From assembly GCF_009914755.1 (NCBI RefSeq), contig NC_060926.1: a stretch of 64,000 bases of DNA. The stretch is one strand, 5' to 3'. The notes under the pieces were generated by a model that worked only from the letters and a program-made list of their open reading frames with translations, was not told where the DNA came from and ran no database searches. The stretch is from the human T2T-CHM13v2.0 reference genome, Homo sapiens. This document shows, one piece after another, positions 53,042 to 64,000 of this stretch. Each line of letters starts with the position of its first letter. The stretch's first letter is position 1. The position numbers and the translations under genes were made by a program.

Positions 53042-56000
53042 GCAAATCGAACTTGTAGAAGGAACATGATAATGTGTGATATGAAAGTACTTTGGATAAG
53101 ATTAATGTCAGACTAAAAAATTTGGAAGAAAGGATTAGTAAATTTAAAGAAATAGCAATATAAAAAATAAAATGAACCACTGAAAGAAGTCTAATTTAAA
53201 AAATTAAAATAAAAAAAGAATGTTAGTGACGTATAGGACTACTTTAAGCAGCTCAATATATAGTTTGAAGTCCCTTGAGTAGAAGGGGGAAAAAAAAGCA
53301 GAGGGAACAGAAAAGATATACAAAGACAAATTTGCCAAAACATTTTCAAAATTGATGAAATTACAAACCTATAAATCTAGGAAATGTGAAGAAAACTACA
53401 CTGATGCATATTGTCACCAAATTGTGCAAAACCATCCATTAAGAGAAAAACCTTAAAACAGCCAGAAAAAAATAAGTTGCATTTTATACACAGGAACAAA
53501 GAAAAAAATGAAAGCATATTTCTTATCAGAAATAATACAAGCAAGAAGACAATGGAGCCAACAACATCTTTAAATTACTGATAGGAAAAATATTTTCCAC
53601 CATAAATTCTATACTCAGCAAAAATATCTTTCAAAAGACAAAAAGGAAACAAAATGCTTTCAGAAATAAATGAGTAGAAAGCCTCATCACCAGCAGACAC
53701 ATACACTAAAAATGTTAAAAGGAGTCTTTTGGACAGAAGGAAAATAATGTCACATGCAAATATAAGTCTAGACAGAGGAATCAGTGGCCTAAAAATGACT
53801 ACTACATGGGGAAGTATAAACTTTTTAGCATTTAAATCTCTTTACAAGATAATTGATTGTTAATAAAAATAATAGTATACATAATAACATGCGTAAGTAA
53901 AATATATAAAGTCTCAGACAGGAGAAATGAAAACATTTTGTTAAGGTTCTTATACCACATGTGAAGTAGTAAATATTATCTTTAGGTCAAATGTGATAAG
54001 TTAAATCTTAAAGCAGCCACTAAAATAACAAAACAATGAGTTATAGCTAAGCAGGCAGAAGAGATAAAATTGAATCCCCAAAAATGCACAATTAATCCAA
54101 ACTAAAAGCAGAGAAAGAAGAAAATGGGAACAAAAAAACAGAATTTTTTTTAAATAGCAAGATGCTAGACTTGAACCTAACTATAGAAATAAGTGCCTTA
54201 AATTTAAATAGTTTAGAAAACTGCACTGAAAGACAGAAATTGTCATATTTTATGAAAAAAACATAGTAAGATATATGCTGCCTTTAAGAAAATACAGTTT
54301 AAATGTAAAAACATAAATAAGTTAAATGTGAAAGGATAGAAGAAGATATATCATGTTAACACTCCTCAAAATAAAGCTGTTTTGGCTATGTTAATACCAA
54401 AGTAGATTTTAGAGAAAATGATATTGCTAGAAATGACAAAAATAGTTTCATAATGATAATTATAAAATATATGAAAGTCCTCTATACTGAAAATTAAAAC
54501 ATTGCACAGATAAAGAGGATCTAAATAAGTAGAGAGATACACCTTGTTCATAGGTCAGAAGACTCAATATTATTAAAACATAAATTTGTTCCCAAATTAC
54601 CCTGTAGATTCAAAGCAATCCAATCAAAACCCCCAAAAATATTTTAGTAGTAATCAACATATTGATTTCAAAATTCATATAAAACTGCAAAGGACCAATA
54701 ATTGCCAAAACAAATTTTAAAAGCAGAATAAATTTGAAAGACTACCACTCCCTGAATTTAATACTTATTATAAAAATGCAGTTATCCAGACAGTGTGGTA
54801 TTAGTGCAAATATACAGAAAGACAGATCAATAGAACAGAATAGGGACTTCAGAAATTGACCCCTATATATTTGGATAATGGATTTTCAGCATGCAAGAGC
54901 AGTTCAGTAGAGAAAGAATAGTCTTTTTAAGAAATGACACTGTAATGATTTGATATCCATATGCAAAAATAAAATAAAATAAACTTAGATCTACATATTT
55001 CACCATATGTAGAAATAACTCAAGATAAAGTATAGACCTTGATGTATTATAAAAGTGAAAACTATCAAAATTCTAGAAGAAATTCTCTGTCAGGTCAGGT
55101 CAGGAAAATACATGATACTAAAACTAGGATCTATAAAAGAATAAATTGATTACTTGAACTTCACCAAAGTTAAAAATTGCTGCTCTTTGAAAGACGTTAA
55201 GAAAATTAAAAAAGAAACACAAAGATGAGAAAAAATATTTACAAAGCATATATCTGACAAAGGGCTTGTATCAGAATACATAACTTTTAAAATACAATAA
55301 GAAAACTTAAAAAAAGGCCAAATATTTGAATAGACACTTCAATAAAGAAGATATAAGCACACAAAAAATAACCACATGAAAATAAGCTCTGTCTTATTAA
55401 TCATTAAGGAAATGAATATTAAAACCACATTGAGATACCACTACATGACTGTGGGAAGTGCTAAATTAAAAAGTATGACCATATCGAGAGTTGGAGAAGA
55501 TATAGCACTCTCATATACTGCTGGTGTAATGTAAATGTTAAAGCCACTTTAAAAAACGGTTTGATAAGTTCTTAAAAAGCTAAATATACATGTACATTAA
55601 ACACATTCTGCTCTTAATAATTCACCCAAAAGAAAAAGAGGTATATATTCATACAAAGCCATGTTCAAAATTTTCATAGCTGCATCGTTTGTAATAGACC
55701 AAATCTGGAAATAACCCAAATGTCAATAGACAATAGATGAATAGATAAACAAATTGTGGTAGATTTATAAAACGGAATATAAAGAACCAAATATTGCTAC
55801 ATTTGCTAAATGTAACTAATATTGTTAAAAATAATTATGCTAAGTTAAAGAAGGCAGATGAAAGAAGAGCTCATACTGTATGATTTCATTTAGATAACAC
55901 TCCAGGAAATGTGAACTCGTGTAGGGAGAGAACACACATCATCATTGTCTGGAATACAAAGAGAATCAGGAAGGAAGGATTACAGGGGGACACTAGGAAA

Positions 56001-57044
56001 CTTTTGAAGGGTGATGGATGTATTCATTATCTTGATTGTGTTGATGGTTTTATGGATATATGCATATGTCAGAACTTATCAAATTCTGTTGTAAATATGT
56101 TTAGCTTACTGTAAATAAAAATAAGTAGTATGGGCTTGAAGAACCAATCTACTTAAAAATGCAATCAGCCTTTTAAACATCACATTTCCAAAGGGCTATA
56201 AAACAATTTTCTGATGAAATATTGATTAAATTGTCCAAAATAAGACACAGGATATGCATGTTAAACAGCTATGCTTGTTGTTCTGGTTGGCATAACAGCT
56301 AGACAGCCTGAAGGAAAAACAATGACAGCTTAGCTGAAGAGAACTCAGTGGACCGAAAAGTCCCTCCCTACCTAACAGTGTCCCTCATAACTGTGTTACA
56401 GTGGGAGGAAAGGCAGCTCTTTCTGGCGTCTTGGTGTATGTTTTTCAGCACTTGGAAGGCACAGCTGGCTACCAGAAACACACAGGTGGAGCTGGCCTAA
56501 GGACAGATGGACAGAGCAGGAAGCTGTAGAAACAAAACAAAAGCGTCGTACATTCAACTATAAAGTAAGAACAGGGGAAAGGGGGTGTTAGGCTTCCTCC
56601 ACCTCAGCCAGAGACCAGTGGTCGCTATGGAATGTGCCGAAGCTGTGAGGTTTGCTAATGGGGTAGACCAGGGACCTTTACCCTGAAATGCTGGCAGGCC
56701 TGGAAGCCTCACCCTGCCCTTCCCACGCTTATGGCAAAATAAAAGCAAATCCTGGTACTTGCTTCTTTCCTCATGCCTCTGCACATTCACCCTAAGGATG
56801 AGAGACAGCACAAAGCCTTGTGGAGCAGTCACCCAAGGCTAGAGCCAGACACCTGGACCTTACAGCTCTGTCATTCATTATTTCCAAACTTCCCCTTTCT
56901 GTCTGTCCTATTTTTCTCTTCTCTCTCTTCTCTCTTTCTCATTTTGCGTTTTACCCATCTTTAAATATACTTTAAGTGGTATCTGAACAAAGCAGGAAAT
57001 ACACACATTAAATATGTGAACATTTTTACATATTTGATGTATGT

Positions 57045-57500
57045 ATCTTCAGCAAATATTTTCTAAGTAGCCTCTATGTTCTACAAACCGTGATGGGCAC
57101 TGTGTGAGCAAGTGAAAATGTGAATAAGGCATTAACCCTGACCTTGAAAAACTCACTGTGAAAGTGAAGGGATAAATAGAAATTGATGCCTTACAAAATA
57201 ATTCATATGCACTAAAGCACATATAAGTCAATGATGGTGGCAGCCCAGGGAAAGAACAGTTAGCTTTGACCCTTCAGTAGACAGGCAGGAAGATGGCATT
57301 TGAGCTGGACTTTGAGAAAGAACAGGAGTGTATCAGTCTAAAAAGAATGGGATGGCCAAAAAAAAAAAGAAAAAGAAAAAAAAAGAAAGGAGTATTTTAT
57401 ACAACAAGGCAAGTGCAAAAGCAATAATGGCAAATGAAAGTTTCTCTGCTCGGAAATAAGAAATCTAGAATGGCTAGAAATGGACCTGAGGATGGAATTG
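57045..57500 (-). mobile_element. L2 fragment
   Basis: TTCAGCAAATATTT..GGGCACTGTG..CCCTGACCTTGAAAAACTCAC..GGCATTTGAGCTGGACTTTGA. Confidence 0.65.
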
Positions 57501-57644
57501 TAGCTGGAGCACCCCTGAAGATACCGATTAAATTCCTTAAAGAGTTCAGACTCAGACCACTAGCTCAGGGTCACTAATGTTTTCTGCAGGAAGGGGAGTT
57601 TGACTGAATTGTCACTAATCTTGACGCTAACCTTGTGATCCCAT

Positions 57645-58134
57645 TGATACAGGGCAGGTGAACCCCAAAACTGGGACTTAGCCCAGGAGGGTTCTTTGCT
57701 GTGCCCAGGAAAAATTCATGGGTGAGCCGGTGGTGTTAGACAGCAATTTCTATTAAAGTGGCCATGCACCATGCACAACAGCAGAGGGACTGCTCCTATG
57801 GAGTGGGGCTACCCTATAGGCAGTGTGTCTGGAGCAGCAGCTCAGAGGAAGATCTGCCCTCATATTTATACTCACTTTTAATTATATGTGAATTAAGGGG
57901 TCAATTATGCAGACATTTCTAGAAAAAGGATGGTAAATTCCATGTTGGTGGGTCATTGCCATAGAAGGAGGCAGTAGCTTACAGGTATGTCCACAGCAAT
58001 GATAAACTGACATGGCACACAGGTGGTCATGTCTTATGCAAAGCTGCTTCCATGCTGTCCCTGTTTCAGCTAGTCCTCAATTGGGTCTGGTGTCCAAGCC
58101 CTGACTCCAGAGTCAAGTCCTGCCTCCTGCCTCA
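57645..58134 (-). mobile_element. MER66-like ERV1 solo LTR
   Basis: Reverse complement starts TGAGGCAGGAGGCAGGACTTGACTCTGGAG..ATTGAGGACTAGCTGAAACAGGG. TSD CCAT at 57641-57644 and 58135-58138. Confidence 0.8.
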
Positions 58135-59598
58135 CCATGACACTTGCATTTATCAGCAACAGAGTCTCTGGTTTCTCTCAGCCATGTGTGTGCGCCCACC
58201 AGCCTGACAAACACATTGTATCTTTTAAGTGTAAATAGCAAACCATCTCTGGCATAAACAGGATGCACAAACAAATCCCTCCTCTGAAGCCAGGGCAGGC
58301 TTCGGCCCAAAGCCTGGTCTTTGGATGTAGTCAAGGATAAAGTGGAATGATATTAAATTTAATATTTTCAACAAGCAGTGCAGTGAAAGGAAATAATGGA
58401 TTTGATGTCTACATGCTCTTACCAGCTCTGTTACATGATATTCAAAATGCATCGGGCATACAGTACACACAGCTGCTACCTCTACCGTGTTTTCCACTAC
58501 TCTTGTTCTTGGGGAAGATAAGCAGGACAACAGAAGATTCATCAGAAGACCTGCAAAGGCCTGTACACTGGTCAAGAGCATTGCCTGCGGTTGTACCTAC
58601 CTGCGGTGACCCATCCTGTGGTCCCAAGCACCCAGCCTGCTTTGTGTATACCAGAGTTGCACATGTTAAAATTAGGAGTTCCAAACTCCCATTTCACAGA
58701 AGAGAAAACTTCTTAGGAGACCTAATAAAGGAAGCCCAGACTGAGTCATAAGGCAGATGGTAGTCTCTTAGTATAACTCTGAGCTTCTAGGAATCAGTGA
58801 GAAAGAGAAAATAAACATGGGTCATGAAAGAGCGAGGCTAGAATCTGGTTCTGCCCTTTACTGGCTAAGCCATACCTGGCAGGATGGCTGTCTTCTCTGC
58901 ATTTCTTTATTTAATGGGAGTAATAATATCTACTGCCAAGGATGTCACAAGGATTGCAAGGAATGGTTGCAAAGGGCTTGGTGGGGTGCCAAGTAGGTAT
59001 TAAGCACTCACTAAGTGAAGTCCAATACAACATATCCACTGCAAGAGGCTTACTCTGTGTCCCTCTTGGGGCATATAATAAGGACACATTTCATGTGGGA
59101 ATAGGGTTATAAAGTTAATATAGGTGGCAAATTAAATACAGTCAAATACCCTTGAAAATCACTTACGAAGGTGCCATGGCAGACACTGGCATGTCCCTTA
59201 GTAACTCCAGCATAGCTGCCTTTTTACTTTTCCAATTCAGCAATAACACAGATCACTATTTTATTTGGAAAATAAATAAAATAAAATAAATACCAGATAG
59301 AGTAATTGGTTTGTGTGTCAAGACAATTATTTTACCCAATATATATAATTTTAACACTTCCATTTTTAAGGAGGCATTCAATTTTGGCAGCTGGAGGAAG
59401 GAAGAGTAGAATCAGGTGCCTGACGCTTATTCATGCTGCGCACACACACATAGAAAGTTCTACCTTCTCTGTACCCCTGCTGCCACTCCTCACCCCAATG
59501 CTGGAAATCAAGTAGGAAGAAGCAAAGCAGAGGTATGATCCTAGGTGGGTGGATTTTGGGGTGCACTTTTTTACCCACCCTAACACTGCTTTCCTCAG

Positions 59599-59962
59599 TG
59601 TATTCATTTGTTTTCATGCTGCTGATAAAGACATACCTGAGGCTGGGTAATTTTTAAAGGAAAAGAGGTTTACAGGACTCACAGTTCCACATGGCTGGGG
59701 AGGCCTCACAATCATGGCAGAAGGTGAAAGGCACGTCTTACATGGGTCAGGCACAGAGAGAATGAGGGAACCAAGAGAAAGGGGTTTCCCCTTATAAAAC
59801 CATCAGATCTCATGAGACTTATTCACTACCACAAAAACAGTATGGGGAAAACTGCCCCTGTGATTTAATTATCTCCCACCCGGTCCTTCCCACAACACAT
59901 GGGAATTATGGGAGTTACAATTCAAGATGAGCTTTGGTTGGGGACACAGTCAAACCATATTA
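59599..59962 (-). mobile_element. THE1B-like MaLR solo LTR
   Basis: TTTTCATGCTGCTGATAAAGACATACCTGAG..CCCTTATAAAACCATCAGATCTCATGAGAC. TSD CTCAG at 59594-59598 and 59963-59967. Confidence 0.93.
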
Positions 59963-60967
59963 CTCAGTATGATTGACTTTATATCATGGGTTCCCTTTTC
60001 TAGGGATCTTTAATTTCTGTGTGAGCAATCCCTTCCTCTTTTCAGGCTGAAGGACCAGATGAATAACCAAGGTCCTCTTTTGACAATGATACAATGTCTC
60101 AGGACTGAGTAAAGACCTCAGAATATCCTTGCCTCATTGTGTCATCATTTATAACAGATTTGGGTATATGTTCCCACATTACTCAAAAAACACACCTCTT
60201 TGAATAGAAGCTAAAATGCCTTTTTAAGTTCATTCATTTGGTCATTTATCTATTCATAAAACATATATATTATATTCTCTATGTGTACTGGAAACCTTGC
60301 TTATATTTGAAACCTATCAAAGTCAAATGCAAGGGCTTTAAAAACATCACATAAAACTATGCAGAGTTATTGATGAAGAAAAGAAGGAAGGAAAAGTGGA
60401 AGAAATAAGAAAGAAAAGTACTATTGATTTATCCCCATGGAAAACATGATTGCTATCAAGTTAAAACCCAGGAACATGATGTTCAGAAGAGTCCACGGGT
60501 TTACCCAACATCAGACAGCTACTAAATTGCAGGGCCAGGATTCTAATTGCAGGTTTCATGAAGACTCGTCACAGGCAACAATTTTTGATCACAGCCAAGT
60601 TCAAGGTGAAACCGGAAGAAGTTAATTAAAAAAAAAAAAAAAGCAGAAGTGCAAAAGGGTAGGCATGTGTTCCCTCTGAGGCCTGGGAGAATTTTCAGGG
60701 ACAGAGTATTGTTGATATTAAACAAATTCCCCTGCTCTGCCACTTCCAGAACTCTTGGCCTTAACCACTCTGCCTTGCCAGCCTAGCACCTAGTGAGAAT
60801 ATGGCTGGAAGATAGCAGACATCACAGCCAGTTACTGGTCTTCTTAACCATCTGTACTTCACCAAAATCTCATGGATCTTGTTCTTTGGCAAGAACCTTT
60901 GGCATCTCTGAGAAGTGATTATTCTGTTTGACATAATTCCTGAGCAATTCACTTAGAATATTGATAC

Positions 60968-61490
60968 AGGTGGTTTCCAAAGAGAGTTGCCAACAACTCT
61001 TCCCTTCCCTATACTTGCCTGCCATTCCTCCCTTCAGAAGTGGAATGTATTTTCCTTTCCATTGAATCTGACCCAGCCTGACCTGCTTTGACTAATAGAA
61101 TGCAGCAGAGGGGACACGATGCCAATTTGGGGCCTAACCCTACAGAGGGCTGGTGGTTTCCACTCTCTTGGAACTCTATGACGTCATGTAAAGTGGATTC
61201 ACCATACTGCAGGAGAAACCACATGGGGAGGGCAAGCTACCTGCAGCAGAAAGAAGCCCTCACCTGAGAGCCAGTTTCAAGCCCCCAGGTGTGTGAAACC
61301 ATCTTTACATTCCTGGCAAGCCCAACACCAGCTGAACATAAACCCATGAGTGACCCAGCTGACACTATACAGAGCTAAATTAACCATTGCAAAGAGAAAA
61401 TAAAAAATGAGACAGAATAAATCATGGGTGTTATCTTAAGACACTAAATGTTGGGGTAGTTTATTACCAAATTATAAGCATCTAAATCAG
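60968..61490 (+). mobile_element. MLT1G/H/I-type solo LTR
   Basis: CTGCTTTGACTAATAGAATGCAGCAGAGG..AATAAATCATGGGTG..TTAAGACACTAAATGTTGGGGTAGTTTATTAC. Confidence 0.72.
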
Positions 61491-61811
61491 TATATTTTGT
61501 TCAATATCTCAGAACAGTAAAACAAAATTCACTGGTACATATTATGAAATGATAGCATAGCTCTCAGCCATTAACTGCTCCTCAAATGTGACCAGAGACA
61601 CTGAAACCCTTTCTTATTTAAAATGCATATTCATGTGAAATGAAAACCCATCTTTTCTTCTTAAATTTGAATACTGATACAATTTGTTTGAAGATAACCT
61701 AGTTCAAGTCATACATTTTCCTGAGAGAACTGCCAACCAAACCTCCAGATACCCAAACTAAAATTAATATATTACCCATTTTTTGTTTCCAAAACACATT
61801 ATGGTATGAGA

Positions 61812-62050
61812 CTGTGGTGGAAATTAAATAGGACTTGGAGTTATGAGTCCCAGCTGCATTTTTTACTGTTAGTGTAAACTTTGGAAAATTACTTAATCTT
61901 GCAGATTCTTTGCTTCCTCATTTGTTAAAAGAACATAATAAGAACAATGTAATATTAGATGTCCTGGTCTCCTTACAACTTTATCATGAGGGTCAAATAA
62001 GAAAATGTAAGAAATAAAACATTTTAAGCTGTAAGATGCTTATAAATGAA
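61812..62050 (+). mobile_element. MIR (similar MIR fragments near 19950, 33800, 34050, 36400-36790, 38050, 38750, 46570, 48800, 50300, 50980, 58850)
   Basis: GAGTCCCAGCTGCA..GTGTAAACTTTGGAAAATTACTTAATCT..TTCCTCATTTGT, the MIR core. Confidence 0.65.
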
Positions 62051-63284
62051 AAATACTCAACAGATCTTCCTTTATACTGCTGATAGTAAAACATCACAAA
62101 CATTTCTTAGTGCAATTATGATTTTAAAATATTATGGGTAATATAAATCATCTCTAGTGGCAGCTTAAGTGTGGTTCTATAAATACACAGCCAAGGGGAT
62201 TTGATGATACCCAATCGAATCACAGATAATCAAGTGTGATTTCACCTAAGGAAAGTGAAATCTAACTATTCGCATTGACTCCTTCTGTATGGTCAGAACA
62301 AGGAGTTCTCTCTCTGGAGGCTGGACTCAAAAAGAATCTACGAGCAAAATCAAGAAAGCATAACATGAAATATCTTCAGTTCAAGAGAAACTTAAGGAAC
62401 TGACAAGACCATTCCTACCTCTTGAAGTTACCATACTCTATCAGGTCTATTATGCACATTTTTGTTTTAACATTTAACATCTCCTAAATTTAGATGCATC
62501 CGAAGCGAGGGAGTTCTAACATTACTGTCAGCAAGATGGTAATCATGTTGTCATGGTCATGGTCACTGTGCACTCATGAGCTTGGCCATAGCTGTTCACG
62601 TTGTTTTCACTGCTGTCTAAAACACTATAAAGGAGCTCTTTCAATAAGTTTAATACAAAAATGTGAAGTGATAAGGAAGCATTGTTTGATCGTGTAAAGA
62701 GAGTATTTTCTCCCTCCTCCCTCTCTTCTTCCTCTTCTTCCTCCTGCTTCTCCATGGTGCATAAAATGATGGTGTTTTTTGCACTTTGTGGTACCCTAGG
62801 TAAGATGAAATGCAGTAGACCTACCGAGGAAATGTAACTGAATTACTCTAAGTTTTAAGACTTTCACCCCTTCCTCAACCTCTTTCCAGATTCATGAAAC
62901 ATATTCTAATTGTCATTTAGCTTCCCAAATACCTGTCACTAAAGAGAGACTAGAAAACATTAGTCATGAGTGTCCTCATATGGGTATTTCTCATGGTAAA
63001 CCAACGATATGGAATCTGGGTTTCTGCTTCCATTGCCTACAGGTTTGATTGATCAGCAGGGTTGAGAAGCTGAGTCTGATCACTAAAGGGCACTTTGGCA
63101 AAATACAATCTCTCAACTTGAGACTTTGTGGAGAAGATGCCAAACCACGGTGATCTCATCGCATTTCTGTCCATTTGTAAGGCTCTGTCTGGCAGCCAGC
63201 CTGGTTCCCATGGGGCATGGCTGTTCTTTCTCTCTTGTGGCCTTTACACCACTGTCTGAGTGCTCAGTGCCGCTCAGTGAATCT

Positions 63285-63755
63285 CCCACACCTGTCAATC
63301 CTGGGCTTCCCCAGGAGGTCTGACCCCACCAGGACTTCACTTCCCAGGTTCTCATTCAGCTGACTCAGTGTGGGTTGGGTCAACATGAGGCAATGGCAAG
63401 AGACACAGAAGGATGAGTAGTAGGATATGCTGGAACATTTGTCTCCTACTCTCTCTGCCTCAAAAGGTGTCAGGAAGCAGCTCACTCTCCAGCTTCACCC
63501 TCACATTGCCTGGCCTGGGAAGCTCAAGCTGATGGCAGTTGGTGCCAGGTGACCCTCAGCTCATGGGATCTGGTTACACCACCCTCCTCTTCATTCTCCC
63601 CGCCAAGGCATGGAAGCAGTTCCTTGAGCTTCCCAATTTCTATATTGCCTCTCTGTGCCTCTGGTCAGCCTCTCCACCTTCTATCCCTAAATAGTCAACT
63701 TCCTATAAGACTCCAAAGGATTTGTTACTCTAGGTGGACTGTGACTGCTGTATAC
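63285..63755 (+). mobile_element. LTR33-like ERVL LTR, highly diverged
   Basis: CCCCAGGAGGTCTGACCCC..GGTTGGGTCAACATGAGGCAATGGCAAGAGAC resembles recalled LTR33. Confidence 0.5.
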
Positions 63756-64000
63756 AGGCCTATATCCCCATGTGATCCTGAGGGGCTGGAAGTCAAGGAC
63801 TTCACCTTAGCGTCTTTGTTCACATGCATTAGAGGGGGTACTTGGATAATCGTCAGACTGAGTTGAAAATACATTATGTGAGATCTAAACTGACAAAGCT
63901 GACAATCTATGTAGTGGTTGTTCATTTTAAACAGAGATCTTTGTGGTTGTAGTTAAACTAAGATTTGATTTTTTAAAAATCACATATTCAGGGCATTTCC

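Noticed and set aside
58225-58751. Overlapping 80-134 aa ORFs and donor-like motifs in unique sequence
   Set aside because: No recognisable protein similarity or coherent exon structure. A lncRNA exon cannot be excluded or supported.

Overview
Primate (human or great-ape-like) non-coding genomic DNA, mostly interspersed repeats. I see no host protein-coding exon, tRNA, rRNA or CpG island; the supplied ORFs are repeat-derived or random. The centrepiece is a two-LTR, ~5.77 kb, env-deleted HERV-H provirus (LTR7Y-like, 12757-18523, + strand, 5-bp TSD GTCTC). It sits inside an antisense AluY, exactly at the end of the Alu Pol III B box, so an intact A+B box promoter now points antisense into the 3' LTR. 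Other elements: a MaLR (MLT1G/H-type) provirus carrying an old twin-primed 5'-inverted L1, a decayed LTR16/ERVL provirus, a full-length HSMAR2 mariner in a MIR, a composite AluY, many solo LTRs, DNA-transposon fossils, L1/L2/MIR, and several repeat-free islands rich in homeodomain motifs. Subfamily names come from recalled consensus sequences and need RepeatMasker/Dfam confirmation. All functional claims are hypotheses.
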